DNA of 64,000 nt from Octopus vulgaris (GCA_951406725.2 OX597825.1:6882001-6946000); one strand, 5' to 3'. Positions 1 through 14,269 are shown, counted from the first letter of the stretch. Program-made: numbers and translations. Notes: generated by a model not told the origin, from the sequence alone.

Positions 1-79
1 AAGAACACAGTACACCGTCTGGTCTAGGAATTGAAACCACGATCTCACATGCAACACCCTAACCACTTGGCTGTGCACT
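1..79 (-). mobile_element. 5' head fragment of tRNA-derived SINE, cut by the window edge
   Basis: Reverse complement gives gtgcacagccaagtggttagggtgttg...gtggtttcaattcctagacc...gtgttctt, with degenerate A/B boxes like the other SINE heads here. Confidence 0.55.
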
Positions 80-123
80 CTTGATAGTAAAACAGAATAT
101 ATAGAACATGTATAGAAAAAGGT

Positions 124-453
124 GTGAAGTCACGTGGCTTAGTGGTTTGAGTAATCAGTTCATGGCTGTAAGGCCATGAGTTCGATTCCCAGCGATGCAT
201 TGCGTCCTTGAGCAAGACACTTTATTCCACGTTGCTCCAGTCCACTCAGCTGGCAAAAATGTGTAGTACTTGTATTTCGAAGGCCCAGCCCTGTCACACC
301 CTCCTGTGTCACACCGAATCTCCCTGAGAACTACATTAAGGGTACATGTATCTGTGGAATGCTCAGCCACTTGCACGTTAATTTCCCAAGCAAGCTGTTC
401 CATTGATCCAGTCAACTGAAACTCTCACCATCATTGTAACCGATGGAGTGACC
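124..453 (+). mobile_element. tRNA-derived SINE family A, tail type A2
   Basis: A box tggcttagtgg, B box gttcgattcc, core gtccttgagcaagacactttattccacgttgctccagtccactcagctgg; homologous to 42812-43147 and 49331-49640. Confidence 0.85.
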
Positions 454-1399
454 GTTTAGTTTTGTAAAATGGTTAAAAAATTGGTGCCATACTTTAAAAG
501 TACATATCATGCATTGACACCAATTAAAAAACTATGAATATATGCTGGAATAACACATCTTAGTGTGATTGGAATCTATACCAATTTAAAAATAATGGCA
601 ATAGAAGCAATAAGGTTAATAGTGTTGCAATTTCATACCAGTCTAGCAATAACTCAACGTAAAAGTACAGCAATGTAATAAAAGAACTAAATTTTGTTAA
701 GGATATTAAGTATATAAATTATGCCATCATCCATCTTAAATATATTTTGAAATAAAACTAACCACGCTTTGCTTCTCATTTTTAAGTACCATCTTTGTAT
801 ATAGTTCTACCGTGAATGCTTACATATAAGCATAGTTTTAGCAGCAGACAGAACTCTTGAATTATCAATAATAATGATTCCTTGCCTAGGTATGGGGCCT
901 TAGATATAACAAGGAAGGAAAAAGGAGATGTAGGAACACATCTTTTTCTCCACAGCATTATTTATGTAAGATGAAATTAAATAGTTCCAGATGGAACTGG
1001 AAACTTAGTTACAGACAAAGTTCACCAGGAGATTAGAATATGAATTAACGGCTAATATATATACAATAAAACAATTCCTGTTTGAGAATACTTTTAAGTA
1101 AATAGAAGAACGGCTTTCTTTGTCTGATCATAATAATTCAAAGTTGGTATTTCTATGAAATGGAAATCTTACAGTTACATGTTAAAGGCATAGATATTGA
1201 AATTTAAATCATTATGGTGACTGAAAAGTGTATTAAGATATACACAATTCCTTCCTGTACGCACGCACACACACACAGAGAGGCTGTCATATCACGTACT
1301 CATACCATGAACTCTCACCTTTATCCACATAAGACTATACTCAATCTAATCAACCACAGAATAATCTCTATTCTAATTCTAAACCAGATATCACCAATT

Positions 1400-1637
1400 T
1401 ATAATGATAATAATGATGATGATGATGATGATGATGATGATAAGGAGGAGGAGAAGGAGAAGAAGAAGAAGAAGAAGAAGAAGAAGAAGAAGAAGAAGAA
1501 GAAGAAGAAGAACAAGATGAAGAACAAGAAGAACAAGAAGAAGAAGAAGAAGAAGAAGAAGAAGAAGAAGAAGAAGAAGAAGAAGAAGAAGAAGAAGAAG
1601 AAGAAGAAGAAGAAGAAGAAGAAGAAGAAGAAGAAGA
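1400..1637. repeat. Compound (GAT)n/(AAG)n microsatellite
   Basis: Directly visible; source of the poly-D/K, poly-S and poly-F ORFs. Confidence 0.97.
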
Positions 1638-1638
1638 A

Positions 1639-2205
1639 TATGCTCTGATGCAGTACCATGCCCTGATACAGTACCAGGCAGTGGCTCTCATGGCTTCTGA
1701 TTGGAAGTGCTATCATGTACATCCTTTTGTCATTGTATAAAAAATGGTCTACAGCAAATATTCTGCTCAATACCACAGATTTGCTAGTCAGTTGTTTGAC
1801 CATAACCGGTTGAGCATGTCCTTTGGTGGCTGATGATATGTGCATCTCTGATCACAAGCAGAAGTAGTGGGGGAGCATCATAGACATGTGTTGAGATGGA
1901 TTCTTTGGCGGTTTGAATAATTCACCTCTGGAAACATGGATGTTTCATTCAACATCCCTAAACAACCCTTATTCAAGGACCATTTGAGTGAAATGGGCTA
2001 CTCAACCTGAAAAAAATTCTAACTGAGCCCCACTCGCAAGGTCATGTGCTGCCTATCTTGATATGAAATCACCATGTCATATACATCTGGTTGTGGTGCA
2101 TGTGCCTGGTGTAACCTTATCAGACGAGTAGTCATGATGGGTATATTGAACTTCATATATTTATACCCCAGGGTCACTCTGATGGTCTGCACTACACTCT
2201 CACTC
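1639..2205 (+). mobile_element. Unclassified ~570 bp interspersed-repeat-like segment between microsatellites (possible non-LTR 3' portion)
   Basis: Higher-GC block between (AAG)n and an (AAT)n tail at 2206-2293; single copy in the window, so class not established. Confidence 0.35.
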
Positions 2206-2206
2206 A

Positions 2207-2262
<56 letters not shown>

Positions 2263-3090
2263 GATAATAATAATAATGATATTAAATAATAATGAACTTA
2301 TTGTATACAGTGCTCAAGTGCACGTAGCCTACCCCATCAGAAAAGGTAGCCAAAAGCAGCTAAAAGTGGCTAGTTAATCTCTAAACAATTATTTTTCCTT
2401 CAGCCAGAAAACATTATTTTTTGAACAGACCAATGATCAAAGATGCTCAGTTTACGAACAATCTGTCTATTCATGGGTGCGTTTTAGAACTATACTGTCT
2501 AACATAGCTTTTCTTGTTTTAGGATAGTAAAATGTGATTTGAAGGTGATTTGGCTGCTATTTCTAGCAGAAATTTAGCTCAGTAGAGGTTTAAATCTGTG
2601 AAATGAGGAACAGCTTATCTAACACTTAAACATTGTAATAAGAGAAATAAGATTGGACTTTGTCAGAGATGAAGCCTGAAATGCGAATCACTAAACTAAA
2701 TAATATTATAATATATTAAGCATGACATCTCATTTTCTTTGTTACACCTGTCTCTATTACTAAACTTACCATTCTACTAGCATTCTATTGGCCAATATAG
2801 CAAATCTAAACAAAGAAATAAATAAAAATTAGGTATCACTGATTGCTTTGTTATTTTTTTTTTTTTAGCTGATTGCTTCAGATGTCAGCTCTGCTAATTT
2901 CAAAAAATCAAAATGGAACAAATTTTTTAATTCTAAACTTTTGGCATTTAGTTGTGTCTTTGGTCTTTAAACACGTGGCTCAGCTCTTTAGACTATGTCT
3001 TATGGTAAAGGAACAAGGAATGAATTAAGTTTCTATGTAAAATCAAATCTGTTACAAATAAAAGAAAATGTATCAGAAATATAACCAAAC

Positions 3091-3146
<56 letters not shown>

Positions 3147-3250
3147 TGTGTATGTATATACAACCAAACACACACATACATACACACATACACACATGCA
3201 TATATATGTGTGTATGTGTGTGTATATATATATATGTATGTATGTATATA

Positions 3251-3483
3251 TAATGGTGCATAATTACTCTGGCATTTTTTCAACAAATTTTATTCAACAA
3301 AAACAATGACGTGTAACAAAAACATCTTTAAGTGATTATTCTGGAGCATATTCACCATCCACTTCAATTACTGCTTCCCATTTGCTTGGCAGACAGTCAG
3401 ACCGTCATTTAAAGATATTTTTGTCAAATATTGTTATTGTTTTTGTTGAATAAAATTTCTGGAAAAAAAAGCTGCAATAATTA
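3251..3483 (-). mobile_element. Mariner-derived MITE / internally deleted mariner
   Basis: ~75 bp imperfect terminal inverted repeats (attttattcaacaaaaacaat / attgtttttgttgaataaaat); internal minus-strand piece translates LPSKWEAVIEVDGEYAPE*, resembling a mariner transposase C-terminus. Confidence 0.7.
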
Positions 3484-3647
3484 AGATGAGGACAAATATC
3501 TGTCAAATGTAAATAATGTACATAATATAATCATGCATTGTCTTATAGCTTCAAGATTTTAATGGTATGTTTTTATAGTTTTAGAATGACATTAGAATAG
3601 GTGTAAAGGGTTGGACCCGGCCAGTTTTAACATAAAATATGTAGAAT

Positions 3648-3980
3648 GAAGGCGCATGGCTCAGTGGTTAGAGCGTCAAGCTTACGATCGTGAGGTTGTG
3701 AGCTCGAATCCCGGACCGGGCTGCGTGTTGTGTTCTTGAGCAAGGCACTTTATTTCACGTTGCTCCAGTTCACTCAGCTGTAGAAATGAGTTGCGACGTC
3801 ACAGGTGCCAAGCTGTATCGACCTTTGTCTTTCCCTTGGATAACACTGGTGGCGTGGAGAGGGGAGGCCGGTATGCATGGGCGACTGCTGGTCTTCCATA
3901 AACAACCTTGCCCGGACTTGTGTCTAGGAGGGTAACTTTCTAGATGCAATCCCATGGTCATTCATGACCGAAGGGGGTCA
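3648..3980 (+). mobile_element. tRNA-derived SINE family A, tail type A1
   Basis: ggcgcatggctcagtggttagagcg (A box), gctcgaatcc (B-box-like), shared core; highly similar to 4471-4788. Confidence 0.9.
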
Positions 3981-4470
3981 ATAATCTGGACAGGATAAAT
4001 ATCTAGATTATCTGGCTGGATTAAACGCTAAAGGATTAATGACCTTGTTTCATGTTGGCATGGGTTGGATGTGTTGACGAGGATCCAATGAGTCAAAGCA
4101 CAGTTTTATGCTCCAGTAACTGCTTTGCATTGTTTTTATGGTTGGGTGCTCTCCCTTCCTAATGCCAACCACTTTACAGCAGGTTAGGAATTGTTGAGTT
4201 TATGCCAAAGTTATAAATCCAAGATTGATCTCTGCATACTTTGAATCCAGAAATATGTATCAACAATTAAATGCTATAAAACATTTAGGGTACTATAAAG
4301 CAGCACCCTAAACACAAAAGCCCTTGCTCTGCTATAACCTATTTATAACAAATATATTTTTTCTTATAACTTGTAAAAGACATGACTTTGGAAGATTATC
4401 AACAAATAAAATTCATTAATAAAAGAGAAATAATTTGAGTGTTTAATTGTTAATTTATTAGTCTTGAAGG

Positions 4471-4788
4471 TGGGTAGAGCATCAAGCTTATGATCGTGAG
4501 GTTGTGAGTTTGAATCCCGAACTGGGCTGTGTGTTGTGTTCTTGAGCAAGACACTTTATTTCACGTTGCTCCAGTTCACTCAGCTGGCAAAAATGAGTTG
4601 TGATGTCACAGGTGCAAGCTGTATCGGCCCCTTTGCCTTTCCCTTGGATAACACTGGTGGTGTGGAGAGGGGAGGCCGGTATGCATGGGCGACTTCTGGT
4701 CTTCCATAAACAACTTTGTCTGGATTTGTGCCTGGGAGGGCAACATTCTAGGTGCAATCCCATGGTCAGTCATGACCGAAGGGGGTCT
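4471..4788 (+). mobile_element. tRNA-derived SINE family A, tail A1, slightly 5'-truncated
   Basis: Aligns along its length with 3648-3980. Confidence 0.9.
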
Positions 4789-4865
4789 CAGATTAGTCTT
4801 GAATTCATCTTCACTGTGAACGTTTTGTATCAAAATTGCTGACGTGGCTGATGACATTACCACCT

Positions 4866-5463
4866 GATTGGCACTTGTGTCGGTGGAATGTTAAAAGCAC
4901 ATCTGGGCATGGAGTGTAACCAGCCCACTTATGAGTACCCCTCATTCATTGGACAATAAACTTTGCTTGCGAAGACCTATTGAGGCAAGTGAAATCAAAT
5001 CAAAATCACTGATTGGCACTCATGACAGTGGAATATTAAAAGCACATCCGAGTGTGATCGTTGCCAGGGCCACGGATTGGCTCCCATGCCAGTGGCATGT
5101 AAAAAGCACTGTTCAAATGTGATCCTTGCCAATGTCACCTTACCGGCACATGTGCCAGTGGCACCTGAAAAATAACATTCGAGTGTGGTCATTGCCTGTG
5201 CTGGTAGCACATAAAAAACACCTTTTGAGCATGGCCGTTGCCAGAACCGCCTTACTGGCCCTCATTCTGGTGTCACATAAAAGCACCGACTACACTTTCG
5301 GAGTGGTTGGCATTAGGAAGGGCATCCAGCTGTAGAAACTCTGCCAGATCAGATTGGAGTCTGATGCAGCCATCTGGTTCGCCAGACCTCAGTCAAACCG
5401 TCCAACCCATGCTAGCATGGAAAGTGGATGTTAAACGATGATGACAATGATGACGATGATGAT
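4866..5463 (+). mobile_element. SINE-like family D with internal repeated modules and (GAT)n tail
   Basis: 3' part ggttggcattaggaagggcatccagctgtagaaac...caacccatgctagcatggaaagtggatgttaaacgatgatg recurs at 15946-16142, 19562-19720(-), 33510-33716(-), 41185-41470, 48763-48905, 49643-49790 and as short tails elsewhere. Confidence 0.8.
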
Positions 5464-5852
5464 GGGATTTGTCTCAAGAAAGATTTCTCTTACACCTGAT
5501 CTATATGATGCAGTCCAGTTTCTTGCATTATATTTCGAATACCTACGACACCTGGAGATATTTAGTTAATCTTTCGAAGAATTAAGATTCTGATGTAGTG
5601 ACACTAAAATGGTATTGATTTTGGTTTGGAGCTGTTTCTTTTATTGCCGTTGTCACTCTTGAAAAAGGATAAATGTCTCACTCAGCTGTCTTTCTTTTCG
5701 CACCTAGCATTTTCAGGTGTGACACTTGCACGTGGGAGATAAACATTTGTCAGTTTATGTTTTTCAATTTTAATGTTTCAATTTTCAGACAAGTAACTCA
5801 AAAAAAAAAGGAAATAATTATAAAATAAAAATTAAAAATAAATTATATTAGC

Positions 5853-5904
<52 letters not shown>

Positions 5905-7445
5905 ATGAGTCACAGACAGGATACTCACTCAACAGATTAACGACATTATGTTAATTAAATTGTGCTGTATCTCCAGTAAAGGTATTTAGAATTTTAAAAT
6001 TATCTCTTAATTGTCCATACAATGTAACTATAGAATGATACCATGAAGAGGTATACCAAGAAACTACCGCAGGCAATATTACCACAGTATAATGAATGAC
6101 TGTTATTGTTCATTAAGAAACCCTGTGATAAATTAATTACATTATTAATGATTGTAGAGCCATGATGTTACTTTTGAGGGCTTCTTTTGTTTCACTGTTG
6201 CAGCAGAATGTGGCTGAAGAACAGACAAGATAATAAATTTCATATAACTTGCTGAGACCCACCCGCCACAATCTTTCCCTATCCTGGCCTCAATAAATGG
6301 TTAACAATGGCGATCTCAACCCAAAACAGACAGAAATACACCACGTCCAATATTGCAATTCTTTTTATAGGTTTAGTGTTTTTCAATTCAATGGACTGAC
6401 ATTTATAGTGAAGGGGGGAGCGAGATCTTTCAACCCCTGAATACATTGAAATGTAGGATACACTCTAGTAGATGGAAACACGATGGGGGTAACTGGTTAT
6501 AGTTGGAGAAGAATAAATAGTTCACCAATTCTAAAAGCATAAATACACCAAATATTGCTGGCCTGACACTACAAGAAAAGTTAAATTTCCCTTTTGGCAT
6601 TGTAGTCTCACCATTTCAAACACAATTGTTTACACTACAAAATACATCTAATAGCTGCCTGTCCAAAGGATTCGAGCTTTAATGGTGCATGAATTATTTG
6701 TTTATCTACAAAATGATCAGCTCAAAATCATCACAAGCTGAAATCAAGAATTCCAATATATTTCTTTTGTCTATGGTTTCTGGTTCAATATCGCAACAAA
6801 TAAAAAGAAAAGTAGGAAAAGAAAATGACAAATGGCCAATAAATATAATGAATTGTCAGAAAATATTTTTGTTACTAATATAGGTCAATTGTTTTTATCT
6901 CCACCTCTCTCTCTCTCTCTCTTCCACTCTCCGTTCTACTCTGTTTTTAGAGAGAAAATGATTTGGCACAACCAACAATGGTTGTTGAACGTATCAATCC
7001 AAAGTAATTCTTTTTAATTCTGTTAAACTCTGTGATTAAACCTCTGGCATTTTCTCAACATGTTTCTTCATGCAAGAAAACACAAATAATAAAAAAAGAA
7101 GAGAGAATACTGTTGAGATTTCAGAAGTTGTGTTGTATTATTAAGTTCATAAAAACATTGGAAGTCTCTCAATTGGTTTTGTGTTGCAATATATATTTAC
7201 TTAACCATTCATGGATCAGTAGAGAGGAAAGTGTTGAGTATATGAGACACTGGACTGCATGGATCATGAGTTCAAATTTAGCTGTATCTCAAGTTAACAC
7301 ATTAAAATCTTTATCCATTAATTCACCGAGTTTTATAAATAGAAGTAACTATCTTGAAAAAGTTGATTAAGATAAGCCAGTAATTTATTCAGGGATTTTT
7401 CTCTCTGGCATAATGCTACAGATTGAATCCCTAGTCTTGTGGATA

Positions 7446-7745
7446 CACGTGACTGACCAGGCTATCAGATGTTGCTACACATCGCTGGTCCCAATGCGTT
7501 TCGCATTGATTTTAGCCTTCAAATGACGCCACCCTGCTGGCTAAGTGAGCAGGCCAACAAAAGAAAGAGTGAGAGAAAGTTGCGGCGAAATAGTACAGCA
7601 GGGATAGCCACCACCCCCTGCCAGAGACTCATGGAACTTTAGGTGTTTTCACTCAATAAACACTCACAACACCCAGTCTGGGAACTGAAACCGCGATCCT
7701 ACGACCGCGAATCTGCTGCCCTAACCACTGGGCCATTGCTCCTCC
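7446..7745 (-). mobile_element. tRNA-derived SINE family E
   Basis: Reverse complement matches 25778-26090 (head gcaatggcccagtggttagggcagc, tail ggtcagtcacgtg). Confidence 0.88.
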
Positions 7746-8709
7746 CTTAACGATACATAAACATTAATATATCTTTTACTTGTTTCAATCATTAGATTGT
7801 GGTCATGCTGGGGCACTGCCTTGAAGAATTCTTAGCTGAATGAATCGACCCCTATACTTATTTTTTTGAAGCCTGGTACTTATTCTATCAGTCTCTTTTT
7901 GCCCAACTGCTAAATTCTTTTTCCCTTGACTTTCATCAATACTTCTCTTTCTCATTTTTTCCCTCATCATTTAAGTCTGACCTATCTTGCCTTTTGTGCC
8001 TTCAACATCGTTAAAATCAATCTTTTTAGACTTTAATCAAATCATTCAGTGCTATTAATCAAATAACATAAGATACAAATTTTATGAAATTTTATGGAAT
8101 TCCTGATTCGTAAAACCATATCATATCACAAGACACTTTCTATGTTCAGCTGAACGCAACAAATTAACATTTTATTGTAAAGGACAAACTTAGACATGAA
8201 TGATGATTATTTTTTGCTTTTTTTGTTGTTGTTGTAGTATCAGATCATTTAATGACAAAGGTTTGACATTTCAGTATGGAACTTCCGGAACATTTCTTAA
8301 ATGTTACACAAAGCCTGGTACTTGTTTCCAGTCAACATATCTCTCTGCCACTGTTACAACTGTTAAAAACTAATTAAAATATATTCTTGGATTTTTGTAG
8401 ATGCAAACCATATTTTGAATGTTCTAATTTCGTAATGCTCTTTAAGACATTTTAGAATTTCACTTTAAACTTTGACTTATAACAAAATATAAATGATTCT
8501 GACAAGGCTTTTAATATATCAAAATTTTAACTGAAATTTTTCATCAAGGAATATAATCAGATATTTTTTTTTTACTTTTATAAAAAAAAACTGAAATAAA
8601 AACAAGAGAAATATAAAAAAAGAAAAACTGGATGTGGTGGGAATAAAATTTCTGAAACCATCTTTATACAATCCTGAGATTCTTTCTCAAGCAAGTTCCA
8701 TGTAGCATA

Positions 8710-9110
8710 TGCATGTGGTGTGTGGTAAGAAGCTTGCTTCTCAACCACATTGTTCTGGGTTCAAACCCACTGCGTGGCACCTTGGCCAAATGTCTTCTAC
8801 TATAGCCTCAGGCTGATTAAAGACTTGTGAGTGGATTTAGGTGATGGAAACTGGAAGAAGCCCATCATATATATATGTGTGTGTGTATGTGTGTCTGTGT
8901 GTTTGTATTTTTCCTCCATCCCTGCTTCACAACTGGGGTTGGTTTGTTTACATCCTCATAACTTAGCAGTTGAGCAAAAGAGATCAATAGAATAAGTACT
9001 AGGCTTAAAAAACTAGTACTGGAGTCGATTGATTTAGCTGAAATTCTTCAAAGCAGTGCCCCAGCATGGCCTCAGTATGCCCATAGTCTTATGACAGAAA
9101 CAAGCTAAAA
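8710..9110 (+). mobile_element. SINE family B, diverged full-length copy
   Basis: Aligns to 29734-30158, including the internal (TA)n(TG)n tract. Confidence 0.85.
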
Positions 9111-9841
9111 AAGATAGTGTTATCCCTGACCAAGTTTTCTATCTTCATCAAAGAAAACATGATATTCCTGTATTTGATGTCTTAGGATTTCTGCTATTAC
9201 CATATTCTACACACTGGCAAATCTGTCAGCAGCAAAATAAGTAACCACTTCCAGCAGCAGAACCAAGAAACTAAGGAATGAAGAATCTGCATCGGAACTT
9301 GTTTCTTACCCCCCCCCTTCATGCAAATTCCTCTGACAAAAGCCATTCTCTATGTCTAAGTCAATCCATCTGTAGATGATTATATACCAGCCGAGCCGAT
9401 ACTCTCCAAAGGCCTACACAAGAGTTGATATGTTGAGGTTATTTTATATTTTATTGATTTTGCTCATTCTACTTTTGATGGATTCCAGAATTCTTCAACA
9501 GAAGAGAATAAAAGAACAGAAAGTCAACTCATTTATAGGTTTGGTGGTGGGTGGGAGGTGGAGAGAAAGTGAGAAAGAGCAAGCTTATATGTCCATATAT
9601 GTTTGTATGTATATGCGTGTATGTACATATATATACATATATATGCATGTATGTGCATTTTATTTGTTTCTTTTCGTTACATGCACATACATATATATAT
9701 AAACACACACATAACTATCTATCTATCAATCTATCTATTTATCTATCTATCTCACTATATATATATGTGTATATATATATATATATACACAAACATACAC
9801 ACCTGCCTATGTATGTATCTATGTATTTATCTCTGTTTTTA

Positions 9842-9927
<86 letters not shown>

Positions 9928-10015
9928 AATAAACACACCTATGTACACACTCATAAACACAGACATGTATATGTGTGTATATAAGATTTGTGAAAAGTTA
10001 GGATGAAGATAGCTC

Positions 10016-10057
<42 letters not shown>

Positions 10058-10237
10058 ACAAATGCACATTGTGTGCATGCATGCATGTGTATGTATATAT
10101 GAGCTTTTTGCATCTTAACTTTTCACAAATCAATTTGACTCATAACGAAAATTAATCTAGAAATTTTATTTATTTCTTATTTTCACCCTCCACTCCACCT
10201 CTCTCTCTCTCCCTCTCTACGTATCTATCCATCTGTT

Positions 10238-10275
<38 letters not shown>

Positions 10276-11611
10276 CTGATAATTGTCTCCAAAACTTAAA
10301 ATGGAAATCCTAGAAAACTAAATTGCAACAAGAAAAAACATAATCATAGTATCAAATATTTTTAGTGGCAATTGAGAAGAAATTCCCAGACACACAGAGA
10401 AGAGACGAGGTGGTGGCGCGATTTAGAAAGAGGAAGAGAGACAGAGGGAGAGAGTGAGAGAGAGAGAGAGACAGAGAAGGAGAGAAAGAGAAAGAGAGGG
10501 TGGGGTGGGAAGAGAAATCAAATGTATTACTAAAGAAATATAAAACATCTCAACACTGAATATTGCATTTGACATTTGTTTAATACCAGTGTACCACAGA
10601 ATTGTCATTTTGATCATTATTATTATTATCATCATTATCATCATCATTATCATCATCATCATCATTATTATTATTATTATCATTATTATTATCATTATTA
10701 GAATTTGTAAGTTGGTGTTGGTTGATACCTCTCATTTGCAATGTTATTATATTCTTTAATAAAAGAAATTCTGTTTTTATCCAACAGAACATAGCAGCAG
10801 TTAAAGTTAGACAGAATTAATAGATGGTGTCAATAGTGGACCATTATTTAATCCCAAAACCTAATTTTCTGCAGCGTGACAGACATGTCCCATGCATGCC
10901 TGTGCAGTTGAAGAAAACAAAAAAAAACAAAACCAGAAAAGATCTTTGTGCAAATCCAAGGTTTCTCGTTTGGTTGCAATGTGTGGTGTTTGTGGACGAG
11001 TATCTTTGGGAAGGTCATGTATTGGTTTTGGATTCGATGACTTAGACCTCCCCGCCACTGTGCTCGACTGGTATTGAGCTCGAAAGGTTTGAAAGACAAA
11101 GTCAAACCTTGGCAGAATCTGAACTCAGAAAGTAAAGACAGACAAAATGCCATGAAGCATTTTGCCAGGTGTGCTAACGATTCAGCCAGCTCACCGTCTC
11201 AAGGTAAGGTTAAATATTATGAATGCTGTGCTTGTGAAAACCTGTTGAACTGAGTGAAATCATAGTCCTGGCCTGTACCAGTGCCGTCTGACTGGGGCCT
11301 GTGTCGGTGACATGTAAAGAGCACCGTTTGATGATGAAATTTGAAATATGGAAACTATTTGCAAACCCATTTGAAGGACCATTCTTATGACTGGGTGGCA
11401 GACTTAATCTGCTACTTTGGTTTTTAACATCATCACTTGGCACCATGAATATCTTTAGCAGAATATATTGTGTTATAAGCCTCCAAGCCTGGTCTTTGGG
11501 GTGGGAATAATTTCTTTCTTTACAACCACCCACCCCAGATGACTTGTAAAATGTCACTGACACTGCCCTTTCTCATCTGAGTTAGCCATTAAGACGATAA
11601 ATACATAAATA

Positions 11612-11840
11612 TATTTTTTTACTACCCACAAGGGGCTAAACACAGTGGGGACAAACAAACAGAAAAACAGATTAAGTCGATTATATCGACCCCAGTGCAT
11701 AACTGGTACTTATTTAATCGACCCCGAAAGGATGAAAGGCAAAGTCGACCTCGGTGGAATTTGAACTCAGAACGTAACAGCAGACGAAATACAGCTACGC
11801 ATTTTGCCCGGCGTGCTAATGTTTCTGCCAGCTCGCCGCC
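11612..11840 (-). mobile_element. SINE family C (Nin/Deu-domain-like) with TSD
   Basis: Minus strand has gcctttcatcctttcggggtcgat...aagtaccag (Nin-domain-like) after a ggcggcgagctggcagaa head; flanking direct repeat attaagacgataaatac. Confidence 0.85.
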
Positions 11841-12448
11841 CTATTAAGACGATAAATACTTATATAACCCTAATCCCAAATGGAAGATCACTGGATAAAC
11901 CGTTTTACCTTGGTTGATTGGTATTTTGTGTTCCATTTATCATTTTACGGCCAAATTGTTCTTTAATCAATTAAACGCATCCTAAAGAAAAGAACTTTTA
12001 TACTAAAGCAAAGTAAACTTCCGTCAACATCTTTGTGTTCATAATCATCCTCATACTGTCATTCCGGTCGTTACTGTTAATATTGTTATGTATTTTTATA
12101 CGTCTGCCTTTAGTAGAAAGAATTACTATTATGATAAAATATGTATTCATCATATTATGAATTACAAATTCTGTCCATAGTAAACAAAAAAAAACGCACA
12201 TGATCATTTAACAACGGTCTTATTTACATTTCTCTTCTTGTTGATAAATCGTTGTAGCCGTGACTAGTTATACAAAACATTATAAATTGCACATATGATA
12301 TGAGGCTATGATTTCAAAATGAATTATATGGAAAAAAATATGCAGAAAAAGTTGAATGCTACAAATAAACATGTAAAATGATGAATATATCAATGAGATG
12401 AAGATTGCACAGCATTGGACAAGTTGGCTGATGATCCACCAATTGATT

Positions 12449-12458
12449 TGTCTGTCTG

Positions 12459-12508
<50 letters not shown>

Positions 12509-12538
12509 CGTCTATTTGTATGTCTGTCTGTCTACCAC

Positions 12539-12634
<96 letters not shown>

Positions 12635-12638
12635 ACTA

Positions 12639-12705
<67 letters not shown>

Positions 12706-12720
12706 ATCTATCTATCTGTA
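12449..12720. repeat. (TCTA)n/(TCTG)n microsatellite
   Basis: Directly visible. Confidence 0.97.
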
Positions 12721-12723
12721 TAT

Positions 12724-12998
12724 ATATTTATTTATATGAAGGGCATTACTACACATAAATGCCTCATGCTATGAGGGACTCTTAAAATCAGTGCAGGCCT
12801 TGACGATTAAAAAGCGCATTTTGTGCACTAATGAAATCATACGATCTGCGGTTGAATCTGTTTTTAAGGAGCTCGCTTCAAGAGTTGCATTCCTTTGCGT
12901 TTGGTACACTGTATTTATTATAGTAGTTTTGACTTTAAGAGTCCCTCATAGTGTGAGGCATTTATGTGGAGTAATGCCCTTCACATAAATAAGTATAT
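12724..12998. mobile_element. Short element bounded by ~67 bp inverted repeats
   Basis: 12724-12790 is the reverse complement of 12930-12998 with about 6 mismatches. Confidence 0.75.
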
Positions 12999-13107
12999 TT
13001 AAAGGGAATGATTATAATTTTTTCCCTTATGAGGTTTTTCCATGCTGACTACTTGATAAATTCTTATAATGACTTTATCCTATTTTAAATTTTTTTGTCA
13101 GATCACA

Positions 13108-13167
13108 CTATGTGTATATATATACACAAACATACATACATATATATATATACACACATATATATAT

Positions 13168-13228
<61 letters not shown>

Positions 13229-13246
13229 CACATACATATATATATG

Positions 13247-13288
<42 letters not shown>

Positions 13289-13480
13289 TACATATTATAC
13301 ACACACACACACACACATATATATACATACATACATACATACATACATACATACATACATACATACATACATACATACAAATACATAGATACATACATAC
13401 ATATATATACATACATGCATACATACATACATACATACATACATACATACACATATATATATATATGTATACAAATATAT
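13108..13480. repeat. Mixed (TA)n/(CA)n/(CATA)n microsatellite
   Basis: Directly visible. Confidence 0.95.
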
Positions 13481-14269
13481 AAAAACACTATGCTCATTTT
13501 TATATTAGGAGATGCTGTGCTAGTGAGGGTCATTACTGGCTACAAAGTCACCAACATACACTTCTACAGCTGGTGTATTGAATTATTTGACAAAGTAGAT
13601 GCCTCGCTGTGAAATAATAGAAATTGCTATAACTCATGATGGCCTGCATTAACAAATGGTAAAGTAGTTAAGTACAAAAGATTCTTAAAGTGAAGTAAAT
13701 TAATTTGCTTCGAGCAAGAGAAACGGTAAAATATTTTCGAAAGAACTCTGAAAACTTTTGTGATACAGTTTCAATTACACGATGATTAATTACAAAATGG
13801 TATTAAAGCTAAAACCTCAATCTTATAATGAGAGATCAGAGGTTACAACAGAGGTTAAACTTTAGTGCTACATATTTGATTAAGATTAATTAACCTGATA
13901 TAATTATTTTAAAATGCCATTCCATTAATACAGGTCTTACCGATTGTGAAAGTTTAATTTGATAACTTTAAAATAATTTTAAATATAGAATACTTGTTCT
14001 AATCTATTTCTTGAAATGCTTTCTCACAATCAATTCCACTTTAAATACATATTCTCTTTTGCTCCCAGGTAATTGCCAATAAATTTAACTTAACTACAAT
14101 GAACACGATCATATTTCATAAACAGGATGCTTCTAATATTAATATTTTAGTATTCTATTTAATATTCTAGTATTAATATTTTCAGGTTCATCAAATTAGA
14201 TGGAAATACTATTTGGATGTGTATATGTGTGGTTGTGCATGTGTGTATGTCTGTAAGTAAGTCACACAC

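Noticed and set aside
6180-6560. Unique higher-complexity block as exon or regulatory element
   Set aside because: No ORF homology or diagnostic motif; conservation cannot be assessed from this sequence alone (likewise 21260-21600, 27700-27950 and 36560-36950)
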